DNA of 61,870 nt from the NCBI GenBank assembly GCA_016744755.1, contig JADGDT010000003.1, positions 16,548-78,417 of the forward strand, written 5' to 3'. How positions within the stretch are numbered: the stretch's first letter is position 1; each line of letters begins with the position of its first letter. Positions 40,848 to 50,119 of this stretch are shown piece after piece. This DNA comes from Ichthyobacteriaceae bacterium (GTDB lineage Bacteria > Bacteroidota > Bacteroidia > Flavobacteriales > JADGDT01). The notes under the pieces are model-generated. The model was not told the DNA's origin and did not search any database. It saw only the letters and a program-made list of their open reading frames with translations. The position numbers and the translations under genes were made by a program.

Positions 40848-42074
40848 ATGACAGTCTTCAACAAAACTAATCAGTACTACAAATTCTGTTTCTATGGTTT
40901 TCTGAAAAACCTTAGATTTTTTGATGCTTTCTTTATTTTATTTCTGGTTGATGAAGGTATTTCATATACCGAAATTGGGCTACTCTATGCTATACGAGAA
41001 ATTTTCATAAATATTTTTGAAGTTCCTTCAGGTATAATTGCCGATGCCTTTGGAAGGAAGAATGCACTAATGGCATCGTTTGTAGCCTATATTATTTCTT
41101 TTGTGATTTTTTACTTAGCCAAAGATTTCTGGTTATTCATGTTTGCTTTTATTCTTTATGGTGTTGGAGAAGCTTTCAGATCAGGCACTCACAAGGGAAT
41201 GATAATGGATTATTTGAAAATAAATAATTGGTCGGACCAAAAAATAAATTACTACGGACATACTAGAGCATGTTCTCAAAAAGGCTCAGCAATTTCATCG
41301 TTAGTTGCAGGTATTCTAGTCTTCTTCAGTGGTTCTTATCAGAATATATTTTTGTTTTCAATAATTCCTTACTTGCTAAATCTGATATTAATTTGGTCTT
41401 ACCCAGCTGAGCTTAATAAAACTACAGACACTAGCAAAACTAAAAATAAAGTAGTTGTGAAAACAACATTCAATTCTTTTTGGGAGATAGTGAAACAACC
41501 TAAAGTATTGAAAATTCTGAATGCATCTGCTGTGCACTCTGCCTACCTCAAAGCTGTGAAAGATTACATTCAGCCACTTATGGTAAACATTGCGTTGGTA
41601 ATCCCTTTTTTAACAGATATTGATGTCAACAAAAAGAACGGATTAATTATAGGTATTCTATATTTTGTTATTTATCTACTTACGTCAAAAGCTTCTGAGT
41701 TTGCTTCTAAAGCAGCAGATAAAAAAAGGAATTCTATTTCTTACATCACCCTTGTAGCTGGTTTTAGCCTAGGTATTTTTAGCGGTATATTTTTCTATTA
41801 CGACTTATGGATTCTATCATTCATAGCTTTTGTTGGAATTTACCTTATCGAGAATCTTAGGAAACCTATACTCACAGGATTTATTGCCGATAACGTTCCT
41901 AACGAAATACTGACTTCGGTAATGTCGGTACAATCGCAATTAAAAACTGTAATCACCGCCATACTGGCTTTTTCTTTTGGAGTAATTGCCGATAATTTCA
42001 GTATTGGGACTGCTTTTATTGTTACTAGTTCATTTCTGTTGATTACTACTTTTGTTTTGAATAGGATGAAATAG
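40848..42074 (+). CDS. MFS transporter
   Basis: EVPSGIIADAFGRK, AFRSGT; about 12 hydrophobic segments. Confidence 0.92.
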   Translation: MTVFNKTNQYYKFCFYGFLKNLRFFDAFFILFLVDEGISYTEIGLLYAIREIFINIFEVPSGIIADAFGRKNALMASFVAYIISFVIFYLAKDFWLFMFAFILYGVGEAFRSGTHKGMIMDYLKINNWSDQKINYYGHTRACSQKGSAISSLVAGILVFFSGSYQNIFLFSIIPYLLNLILIWSYPAELNKTTDTSKTKNKVVVKTTFNSFWEIVKQPKVLKILNASAVHSAYLKAVKDYIQPLMVNIALVIPFLTDIDVNKKNGLIIGILYFVIYLLTSKASEFASKAADKKRNSISYITLVAGFSLGIFSGIFFYYDLWILSFIAFVGIYLIENLRKPILTGFIADNVPNEILTSVMSVQSQLKTVITAILAFSFGVIADNFSIGTAFIVTSSFLLITTFVLNRMK

Positions 42075-42127
42075 ACATAATTGAGGCACACCACCAAGGC
42101 ATGCCTCTATTATATTTTAATGTTCTA

Positions 42128-45100
42128 TTACTTTTCTTCAACAACCTTGATGTTATCCTTGTAAACCCTATCAATTAGTAAGTGACGAGGATCTATTGCT
42201 ACTTTAGCTGGGATAGTATCAAGATCGAAAGAGAATGTCATTTTAGGTTTATCAATCTTAACCCTTTTCTGATATATCAACTTATCTTCATCTTTATCGG
42301 CAAATGCTCCAATGTCTATCCAATCGTTAGTTGCTACATCTGTTTGGTTCCCTAATGAATCGGCTTTTACTTTAAAAGATTCAACATCTATAGTAACCTT
42401 GTATTTTCCATTTTCGAGCTTGGTGTATTTGGCTTCAACAAGTCTATTGTCGTAAAGTGTTATTTCTTTAAACCAATCGTTAATCAAATATTTCAACGAA
42501 TCTGGAACTTTAGGTTCTAAGTGTTTCAAGAAATCTAAAGATGTAGGATAAGGAGGTAATTTATATTTATATTCATCCAAGAATTCTTTCATTGCAAGAT
42601 TTACCTTGTCCTCGCCAATATAATCTTGCAAAGCATAAAGTACAACACTTCCTTTTTTGTAATGTATGTATTGCTGATTTTCTACTTTATACAATGGAAG
42701 TTCCTTTTTAGTTTCGCTTCCTCTACCCCTTAAATATTGATCATGATTATATTTCAAAAATTCACGCATTTTCATGGGATTTTCAGTAGTGCTTTTCAAA
42801 GTCATTAACGATGAATATTCTGCAAAGCTCTCACTCATCATCGTACTACCTTGCATATTTGCACCAATTACCTGATGTGCCCACCACTGATGTGACATTT
42901 CGTGAGCAATAACAGCATCAATAATGTTATTCTCTTTTTCGTCTTCTAAATCAATTATAAACCCGAAAGACTCAGAATATGGCATAGTACCAGGGAAAGC
43001 CTGCGCAAAAGTAGAATATTTAGGGAACTCAATAATTCTGCATTGTTTGTGATAATATGTGCCAAAATTTTTGGTGTAATACTCCAAAGATCTTCCTACA
43101 GCATCCATCATCATTTCAATATTAGCACTGTGCTTTTTGTCGTAATAAACTTCAATATCAACATCATTCCATTTTCTAGTTGCAATTTCATACCTGCCCG
43201 AAATAAACGAGTAGAAATTCTGCGATTTGTGATCTACCTTATACTTATAATAATTTCTATCGCCTTCTTTCCATTGTTTTATCAACGAACCTGGAGCAAT
43301 AGCTATTTGATCGGAAGAAGTAGAAATTACAGTTTCCGCATTAATATAATCAGACACTCCATTGGTAAGATAGTTAGCCATTAGTGCTTTAGTGTTTGTA
43401 GAATCTAACTTTGGCATACGCTCTTTTGTAGGTAAACCGTGTTCCTTTCTCTTATGTCTATCACTTAATTCTACAGAAGAATTATATCCAAAAGATGGTA
43501 GAATTTGACTGTTTCTTATAAACGTACCATTCTTTATAACATTAGTACTTCCTGTACCATTAGGAAATCCTTTTGTTTTGTACTCTGTATTTAATTTTAT
43601 ACTAAGTGTATCTCCAGGCTTTAGGGCATTGTTGAATTTGAATATTTTAAACCCTAGATCTTCGTCATCTAAAACAACTTTAGAATCTGGAATATCAAAT
43701 TTAGCTACCCATTTATCAGAAGTGTTAAAAAATAGAGAATCAATTTTTGTATTTGATTCATTTTTAAGAGTAAGTTTTGCTTTTACAGATACATTCCTTT
43801 CTTCAGGAAAAATATCAATAAAATATTTAATATCAATGATTTTTGGAAGAACAGCTTTTTCGTGCTTCTTATATTTCTGCTCGTACTCTACTTGTCCATT
43901 TTCTACAGTATCCGAATTATCGTAAGGATTTAGAACTTGAGTATTGTAGTAGACAAATGACCCTGTAATCATCCAAAGTACTAACACTGTATAAAAAACT
44001 GTTTTGTACTGTTTAGTAGATGATTTCCATGCATTTTTTATTTTTGCAAAAAGAGGAGTAGCAACACCCCTATTCCACATTGCACCAGCCAAAATTAATG
44101 TTAGCAAAGCAAAGAGCATCCAATATATATTAAACCAAACAGCTCCATAAACTCCAGGCCCAAAACTATTAAGGTCGGAATAGCTAATGCTAGGTATACT
44201 ACCCAACGACAACATTCTTGTATTGATGTGTAGTATCGCTTTAATTATGTTAGTCCCAAAAATTAAAATTATGGATATAAAATATCCTAAGTATTTATTA
44301 CTCGAAATAACTTGAATAAAAATCATGAAACTACTCATAATAATGAAACGGGGTAGAGTATCTAACATGAAATTAAATAAATAAACACCCAATTCAATAC
44401 GGAAATATGCAAAACCTAATTGATATACAATTCCAATAACAGTTGCAAAAATATACACTATTGAAGCAAGAGCAATAAGAGATATAGTTTTTGCTAAAAG
44501 TGAAATAAGGGAATTATGAGCTGTAGAATCAATTACTTCGTTGATTTTATTATCTCTATCACGCCAAACTAGTTCTCCACTATAAAAAACTAGTATGATG
44601 ATAATAAATATTATTACGGACCCAGTAATGGCATTCATCATTTTGTAGGTAACAGGGTAAGATTTAAGTCCGTAATATTCAAATCCACCAACTAGTGTTG
44701 ATATTAATAAAACAAAGCTAAAAACAACTAACACTCTAAAAGTTGTGCTTTTAAATATGTTATTGAAATTTATTTTGAAAAATGATTTGAATTGTAGAAA
44801 AGTTCCATTGAAATTGAAACTTGAATTTACAGATGGCAATAAAAATTCTTTGTTAGTAATTAACTCTTCTTTTTTAGACTTAGTTTTTTTGGACACCTGT
44901 TTAAATGAGAATGAAAAATATGATGATAATAAAATAATTATCCCCACAGAAACCCATATCAATCTATTGTACAATATTATTCCTACTAAACTTGGGTTAA
45001 TAGTATTTCGCTCTACGGCAGTAAAATATTTTGTGTAATTGTCGTAAGCTTTATTCCCAAAAGTGTCTAAAAGAGCCGCTATGGTTTCGTTATCTAAATC

Positions 45101-45700
45101 GGATGTCAATGTTTGTGTTACAAAATATATTACAATAATTGCTAGTACTCCAATAAACGAAATACTAGTTTTCTTCCATTTCATAGCAAGTGCAAATATT
45201 ATACTTCCTACAATAAACATATTTGGCAACACAAATAATAAAAAACTATTAACGTAGGCCATAAAATGGAAATCTCCATATTGATCCTCAGAAGTCCATC
45301 CAAATAAAGGACCGTAGATAGACCCCAAAGAAATACCAATAAATACTCCTAAAAATGGGATTGAAGAAAGAATTAGTGCAGCAAAAAATCTACCAAAAAA
45401 GTAACCTCTTTTAGAAACTTGTGTACTGAAAATAATTTCGTTAAACATATTATCGTAGTCCTTTAAAGCTGCTTTGTTAAAAAAAGCAGTAGCTCCTAAA
45501 ATGCCAAAAAGCACCATGGCAAGCGTTAGACTAGTAATTGTATATGGAGAGTTTTTGTAAACGTTACCAACTCCACCTCCAATGGAAACATCGGTTGCAG
45601 TAATGCCAAAGATAATAGCAGTTAGAACAAACGTGAAAATATAAACCATCGGTCGCTTAAGCGATGATTTGAGTTCTGATATAAATAAAGTTTTAAACAT
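42128..45700 (-). CDS. ABC-2 permease / M1 aminopeptidase fusion
   Basis: Multi-TM N-terminal half; AQAFP, AHEMSHQWW, SESFAEYS, YKKG. Confidence 0.9.
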   Translation of the reverse strand: MFKTLFISELKSSLKRPMVYIFTFVLTAIIFGITATDVSIGGGVGNVYKNSPYTITSLTLAMVLFGILGATAFFNKAALKDYDNMFNEIIFSTQVSKRGYFFGRFFAALILSSIPFLGVFIGISLGSIYGPLFGWTSEDQYGDFHFMAYVNSFLLFVLPNMFIVGSIIFALAMKWKKTSISFIGVLAIIVIYFVTQTLTSDLDNETIAALLDTFGNKAYDNYTKYFTAVERNTINPSLVGIILYNRLIWVSVGIIILLSSYFSFSFKQVSKKTKSKKEELITNKEFLLPSVNSSFNFNGTFLQFKSFFKINFNNIFKSTTFRVLVVFSFVLLISTLVGGFEYYGLKSYPVTYKMMNAITGSVIIFIIIILVFYSGELVWRDRDNKINEVIDSTAHNSLISLLAKTISLIALASIVYIFATVIGIVYQLGFAYFRIELGVYLFNFMLDTLPRFIIMSSFMIFIQVISSNKYLGYFISIILIFGTNIIKAILHINTRMLSLGSIPSISYSDLNSFGPGVYGAVWFNIYWMLFALLTLILAGAMWNRGVATPLFAKIKNAWKSSTKQYKTVFYTVLVLWMITGSFVYYNTQVLNPYDNSDTVENGQVEYEQKYKKHEKAVLPKIIDIKYFIDIFPEERNVSVKAKLTLKNESNTKIDSLFFNTSDKWVAKFDIPDSKVVLDDEDLGFKIFKFNNALKPGDTLSIKLNTEYKTKGFPNGTGSTNVIKNGTFIRNSQILPSFGYNSSVELSDRHKRKEHGLPTKERMPKLDSTNTKALMANYLTNGVSDYINAETVISTSSDQIAIAPGSLIKQWKEGDRNYYKYKVDHKSQNFYSFISGRYEIATRKWNDVDIEVYYDKKHSANIEMMMDAVGRSLEYYTKNFGTYYHKQCRIIEFPKYSTFAQAFPGTMPYSESFGFIIDLEDEKENNIIDAVIAHEMSHQWWAHQVIGANMQGSTMMSESFAEYSSLMTLKSTTENPMKMREFLKYNHDQYLRGRGSETKKELPLYKVENQQYIHYKKGSVVLYALQDYIGEDKVNLAMKEFLDEYKYKLPPYPTSLDFLKHLEPKVPDSLKYLINDWFKEITLYDNRLVEAKYTKLENGKYKVTIDVESFKVKADSLGNQTDVATNDWIDIGAFADKDEDKLIYQKRVKIDKPKMTFSFDLDTIPAKVAIDPRHLLIDRVYKDNIKVVEEK

Positions 45701-45807
45701 TTTGAGTTATGTTATTTTTAGTGAAACAGTAATGCTGTGATCAGTAATGCAGTGAGGGAACTACTTTCAGCTTGAGCTTCGAGCATTCAGCTTCGAGCTT
45801 TTTCAAC

Positions 45808-46692
45808 CTACACTAGAGTGTTTTCTGTATTAATATTTGAGAAAAACACATCTTCGAGGTTTGGTTTTACTAATTCAAAATCACCACCTAAATCAGTTTC
45901 ACTTAAAACATGAATTAATGGTTGACCTCCTACCATTTTGTTTGAAATAATAGAGAAGCTATTTGCATATTCTTCTAACTCATCTCGTCTTACTAATTTC
46001 TGATAAACTTTACCATCTAGCGAATCTATTGCCTCTTGTGGTGCTCCGTGAAAAACAATTTTCCCTAAATCCATAATTGCCATTTTTGTACATAACTCGC
46101 GTACATCATCAACAATATGAGTAGATAAAACCACAATCACATCTTCACTAACATCAGCAAGTAAATTGTAAAAACGATTTCTTTCGCTAGGATCTAATCC
46201 TGCTGTAGGCTCATCAACAATAATTAAATTAGGATTACCAATAAGTGCTTGTGCAATTCCAATACGTTGCTTCATCCCTCCAGAAAACTCTTTTACACTT
46301 TTATTTCTTTTCTCGTAAAGATTAACCTTGTTAAGTAAATAACTTACCAATTCTTTTCTTTCTTTTGAATTTGAAATACCTTTAAGTATAGCCAAATGAT
46401 CTAATAATTCGTAAGCAGTTATTTGCGGATATACTCCAAACTCTTGAGGAAGATATCCGAGATTTTTTCTAAGTTCTGTAGGTTGTTCAAAAACATTAAT
46501 ATCGTTTAGCATTACAGTACCAGAATCTGCTTCTTGTAGAGTAGCAAGAGTTCGCATCAACGATGATTTTCCTGCTCCATTAGGACCGAGAAGTCCAAAC
46601 ATTCCATTTTCTATTTCTAAGCTTACATTATCTAAAGCTTTTACTCCGTTTGGGTAAGTTTTAGTAAGATTTTCAATTGTGAGTTTGTTCAT
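45808..46692 (-). CDS. ABC transporter ATP-binding protein
   Basis: GPNGAGKS, FSGGMKQR, IVDEPTAGLDP. Confidence 0.95.
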   Translation of the reverse strand: MNKLTIENLTKTYPNGVKALDNVSLEIENGMFGLLGPNGAGKSSLMRTLATLQEADSGTVMLNDINVFEQPTELRKNLGYLPQEFGVYPQITAYELLDHLAILKGISNSKERKELVSYLLNKVNLYEKRNKSVKEFSGGMKQRIGIAQALIGNPNLIIVDEPTAGLDPSERNRFYNLLADVSEDVIVVLSTHIVDDVRELCTKMAIMDLGKIVFHGAPQEAIDSLDGKVYQKLVRRDELEEYANSFSIISNKMVGGQPLIHVLSETDLGGDFELVKPNLEDVFFSNINTENTLV

Positions 46693-46768
46693 TTTATTAT
46701 AAGATTTTAATTTATTGGGTTTGTTTCAAATTAACTGATTAGACTTTAAATAATTCGCATTAGGTATT

Positions 46769-46882
46769 TCAGAAATTATCATAAATCATTACCACTATAC
46801 TTAGCACAACATATGCACATAGTACCTTATTTTTAGTTTTAAGCTTTTTATTTTCTGAAATTAATTTTTCTACTTTTTCCAT
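46769..46882 (-). CDS. Possible 37-aa single-TM peptide (not in ORF track)
   Basis: MEKVEKLISENKKLKTKNKVLCAYVVLSIVVMIYDNF; starts 14 nt after the HTH gene. Confidence 0.35.
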   Translation of the reverse strand: MEKVEKLISENKKLKTKNKVLCAYVVLSIVVMIYDNF

Positions 46883-46896
46883 GTAATATACATTGT

Positions 46897-47091
46897 CTAT
46901 TCTTCAATATCAAATAAGTATTCAACTGTAACTTTAAAGAATCTTGCCATTTTTATAGCAAGAGTTACAGATGGATTGAATTTATTTTTTTCTATAGCGT
47001 GGATTGTTTGCCTAGAAACTCCTAGTTCTTCGGCTAATTTACCTTGTGTAAGATCATTTCTTACCCTCTCAACTTTTACTAAGTTTTTCAT
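46897..47091 (-). CDS. XRE family HTH regulator
   Basis: LTQGKLAEELGVSRQTIHAIEKNKFNPS. Confidence 0.93.
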   Translation of the reverse strand: MKNLVKVERVRNDLTQGKLAEELGVSRQTIHAIEKNKFNPSVTLAIKMARFFKVTVEYLFDIEE

Positions 47092-47543
47092 ACACTACGC
47101 TTTTTGAAAAAGAAAACAATTAGGTATAACCAAATAAATAAGGTTACAGAATCGAAGATACCATAAAGAGTGTTGACTTTAAATAAGTAGAAAATAAATG
47201 CAACAATGGTTATTATAAGAAATGAAAACTGGTAAGATTCTAGTCTGAGAATGCTAATGTAATCATCTTCTACTTTTTCTTTAGAAAGCATGTAAGTGAT
47301 CAATGATAAAATTGAAACAACATTTAGCCAATGAATATTGGTATCATTACCTGCAATATCATAAAACTGATGAGAAGTCTCAATATTTGCACTATTCTTT
47401 TCTGTATATCTAGTTTCATTAAATCCATCAATAAAATCATCGCCATTAGATAAAATATATGTTGCTAAAAATATAATAAAAGCTATTTTTTTAAACCAGT
47501 TTGGAAGTACTTGAATATTCATGTGTAAATTATTTTTTACCAA
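47088..47543 (-). CDS. Hypothetical 4-TM membrane protein coupled to the XRE gene
   Basis: LPNWFKKI, SKEKVEDDYI..LRLES; 4-nt overlap with the HTH gene; true start may be a few codons downstream. Confidence 0.75.
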   Translation of the reverse strand: MVKNNLHMNIQVLPNWFKKIAFIIFLATYILSNGDDFIDGFNETRYTEKNSANIETSHQFYDIAGNDTNIHWLNVVSILSLITYMLSKEKVEDDYISILRLESYQFSFLIITIVAFIFYLFKVNTLYGIFDSVTLFIWLYLIVFFFKKRSV

Positions 47544-47610
47544 ATGTAAATAAAACTTTACACTATTACAAGTATTGTTTTTATATAACTTTTGCCATGT
47601 AGAACTCTAA

Positions 47611-47643
47611 AGTTACGGTGTGTCTTAAAGACACACCGTAACT
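47611..47643. repeat. Perfect 16-bp inverted repeat
   Basis: agttacggtgtgtctt-a-aagacacaccgtaact. Confidence 0.85.
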
Positions 47644-47731
47644 AACAATGTCGAAGGTGATTTTTTCCTTTTTGAAGTTTTCTGTTAGTATCATGTTTTA
47701 ATTGTAATATATAATATATTTGCTATTCATT

Positions 47732-47815
47732 AAGGCTTTTCGGATTCCACCTATTGTTGCAACAATATCTTTTAGTAATTAATTACTAAATTGGATTTTT
47801 GGAAAGCCTTTTTTT
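47732..47815 (-). repeat. Leader copy 4 (partial) / left direct repeat of about 84 bp
   Basis: Near-identical to 50036-50119; contains palindrome tattgttgcaacaata at 47752-47767. Confidence 0.85.
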
Positions 47816-47827
47816 ATTCTTAAACTT

Positions 47828-48445
47828 TTAGATTGAAATAGTCTTAGTAATTATATCCTCCAAATGATTTTGTTGATGAGATGCTATTAGTATAGTATGT
47901 CCTTTTCTTGATTTACTAATTATTATCTCTTTCAAATTAATAATAGACTCTACATCTAATCCTTCGAAAGGCTCATCAAGAAACCAATATTTTGGTTTAT
48001 GAAGTAATGTAGATATTATCTCTATTTTCTTCTGTGTTCCTTTCGAACATTTCTCTATATACTTATCTACTTCTTCCCTGATAAAAAATACATCTATTAA
48101 TTCTTGTACTAATATATCTGTTTCTTTATTTTTTACTTTTCGCAATGTGGCTGTAAAATCGAAAAACTCTAATGCTGTAAACTTTTCTATCAATAGTGAT
48201 TTATCAAATAACACTCCTAAATTATTTTTATAGCTATAGGATGATTCTTCTATAATATTATTACCTATTTCAATTAATCCAGAATCTAGCAAACAATTTC
48301 CGCTAAGTATTTTTATTAACGTAGATTTTCCTGCTCCATTTCTACCAGTAAGTCCGTAAATCTCACCTTCTTTTAATTTAAGATTAAAATCTTTGAAGAT
48401 TATATTTTTACCAAATTTTTTATTTATATTTTTTGCTTCTATCAT
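47828..48445 (-). CDS. ABC ATPase (candidate immunity transporter)
   Basis: GRNGAGKST, CSKGTQKK, FLDEPFEGLD, ASH. Confidence 0.9.
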   Translation of the reverse strand: MIEAKNINKKFGKNIIFKDFNLKLKEGEIYGLTGRNGAGKSTLIKILSGNCLLDSGLIEIGNNIIEESSYSYKNNLGVLFDKSLLIEKFTALEFFDFTATLRKVKNKETDILVQELIDVFFIREEVDKYIEKCSKGTQKKIEIISTLLHKPKYWFLDEPFEGLDVESIINLKEIIISKSRKGHTILIASHQQNHLEDIITKTISI

Positions 48446-49017
48446 GATTTTATATATTTAGGAAATGAATAAACAGAAAATACAACCAAAGAAAAAGATA
48501 TTATTATTCCAACATACTTTAAATCCATCAAACTATAAAACGTATCTAAAAAACTTATAGCTATAGAAAATATTATTAATGTAATTGCATTCTTATTCAA
48601 AAATGAATTACCCTTTTCAGTCTTTAATACACTGATAACATTTCCAAAGAATATTGCACTAAATAACGTTGTAATAAAATGAGTAATCATATTTGGAATT
48701 ATAATTTCTTCTAAAAACACTTTCTGTATAATTATAAATATCACCAAGAAAAACAATCCAACGAGAGTCTCTATTACATTTTGTGAAATTAATATTCGTT
48801 TATGTGAAACCCCATAAATACTGTTCGTCATTGCATCCCAATACACCCCATTCTGCAATACATTTACAAAATGTTTGTAAATAAATAACGGGTATAAATA
48901 TGGGAGACCTATTTGTAAATACTGAAATTTACTGATTACTATAAGTAATAGCGCAATAAGATAATATTCTCCTATCAAGTAGTATCTTAAAAAATATTTC
49001 AGGTAAAATTTTAGCAT
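48442..49017 (-). CDS. Hypothetical multi-TM protein (candidate ABC permease)
   Basis: Hydrophobic, overlaps both neighbours. Confidence 0.7.
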   Translation of the reverse strand: MLKFYLKYFLRYYLIGEYYLIALLLIVISKFQYLQIGLPYLYPLFIYKHFVNVLQNGVYWDAMTNSIYGVSHKRILISQNVIETLVGLFFLVIFIIIQKVFLEEIIIPNMITHFITTLFSAIFFGNVISVLKTEKGNSFLNKNAITLIIFSIAISFLDTFYSLMDLKYVGIIISFSLVVFSVYSFPKYIKS

Positions 49018-49754
49018 TGCTTTCTATTTCGATGTAAATAATATCCCGAAGAAAAAATTAATATCAAGACTAATGTTAAGGATATAATTATATCAATTAT
49101 AGAATTGATAATAGTAAAACTTATTTTTGGTATTCCATAATAATTAACAGCAACTATCAATAATAGGGAGATAAGTCTATAAATATTTTTAGAAATTTTA
49201 GGGATAACTACAATTCTAGAAATATTAAGTATCAATACAGATATGGTAGCTGCTATAAGGTAAGATATCGCTACTATTATTAATATTTCGGAATTAACAA
49301 ATATATCGATTGTTAGATTGTAAGATGATATAAAAAAAGGAAGTAATAGCAATATTGTAACTGGAATAATTAGAGTAATACTATATATTTCTACACCAAT
49401 TTGTACAATGTATTTTTTTATTCTTGAGATTGCTATCTGATCTAAAATTAAACTTGATTTTGTTTCTACATATATATTACTTAATATATTTGTAACAATA
49501 GTGAAGAATACAACAAGCCCAACAAGTCGCTCAATATTGAATGTTAGTTCTTTTCCATAATAAGTTGGCGCCTCAGCAGAGATACCAACGGTTATAAGCC
49601 CGAAGAAAATAATTATCAATGCCAAAGCACCCCAATCTGGAGGATATGGAATTCCGTATTTGGATAAGTAAATTTCTAAATATGTCACATTCTGCTTGTA
49701 CCTTCTAAAAGATATAATTCTAGCATGATTAATTAGTCTTATTACTTCTAACAT
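49011..49754 (-). CDS. Hypothetical multi-TM protein (candidate ABC permease)
   Basis: Start reassigned to MLEVIRL at 49754; the ORF-track extension is an off-frame reading of the peptide gene. Confidence 0.7.
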   Translation of the reverse strand: MLEVIRLINHARIISFRRYKQNVTYLEIYLSKYGIPYPPDWGALALIIIFFGLITVGISAEAPTYYGKELTFNIERLVGLVVFFTIVTNILSNIYVETKSSLILDQIAISRIKKYIVQIGVEIYSITLIIPVTILLLLPFFISSYNLTIDIFVNSEILIIVAISYLIAATISVLILNISRIVVIPKISKNIYRLISLLLIVAVNYYGIPKISFTIINSIIDIIISLTLVLILIFSSGYYLHRNRKQC

Positions 49755-49775
49755 TCTATTCCTATTTATTAGAAC

Positions 49776-49809
49776 TTCACCTCCATTACAATTAAATAAT
49801 GGAGGTGAA
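49776..49809 (-). terminator. Hairpin after peptide E
   Basis: 13-bp arms ttcacctccatta/taatggaggtgaa. Confidence 0.65.
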
Positions 49810-49819
49810 ATTTTATTAT

Positions 49820-49996
49820 TTAATCTATTCCTTGAAGAACACATCCTACACCTGCTAAAGCAGCATAACCCCAAGGCCCACCTACAACCCCTGCTAGACC
49901 AAGTGCCATAACTGTTGTTGCGGCACCAGTAGCACATCTTTCCCATGACCAACCACCACTAATGCTCTCAAGATTCTTAATTTCTAATCTTTCCAT
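49820..49996 (-). CDS. Double-glycine precursor peptide E (58 aa; not in ORF track)
   Basis: MERLEIKNLESISGG|WSWERCATGAATTVMALGLAGVVGGPWGYAALAGVGCVLQGID. Confidence 0.88.
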   Translation of the reverse strand: MERLEIKNLESISGGWSWERCATGAATTVMALGLAGVVGGPWGYAALAGVGCVLQGID

Positions 49997-50119
49997 AATA
50001 TTGTAAAAATTTAAATTTAGTTTCCTACTCTAATCAAGGCTTTTCAGATTCCGCCTATTGTTGCAACAATATATTTTAGTGATTTATTGCTAATTTGGAT
50101 TTTTGGAAAGCCTTTTTTT
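49997..50119 (-). repeat. Leader copy 3 plus right direct repeat (50036-50119)
   Basis: Minus strand tattgttgcaacaata-ggcggaatctgaaaagcc-ttgatta-gagtaggaaactaaattt...ATG. Confidence 0.85.

Noticed and set aside
49755..49952. Cys/Arg-rich N-terminus of ORF 49011..49952 resembling a Cys-rich peptide
   Set aside because: It is an alternative-frame reading of precursor E and its hairpin; the real start is probably 49754
49997..50075. c-di-AMP or c-di-GMP riboswitch, or hammerhead ribozyme, in the leader
   Set aside because: Only short word similarities (GAATCCGAAA, AAAGCC); the required stems and cores are not evident by eye
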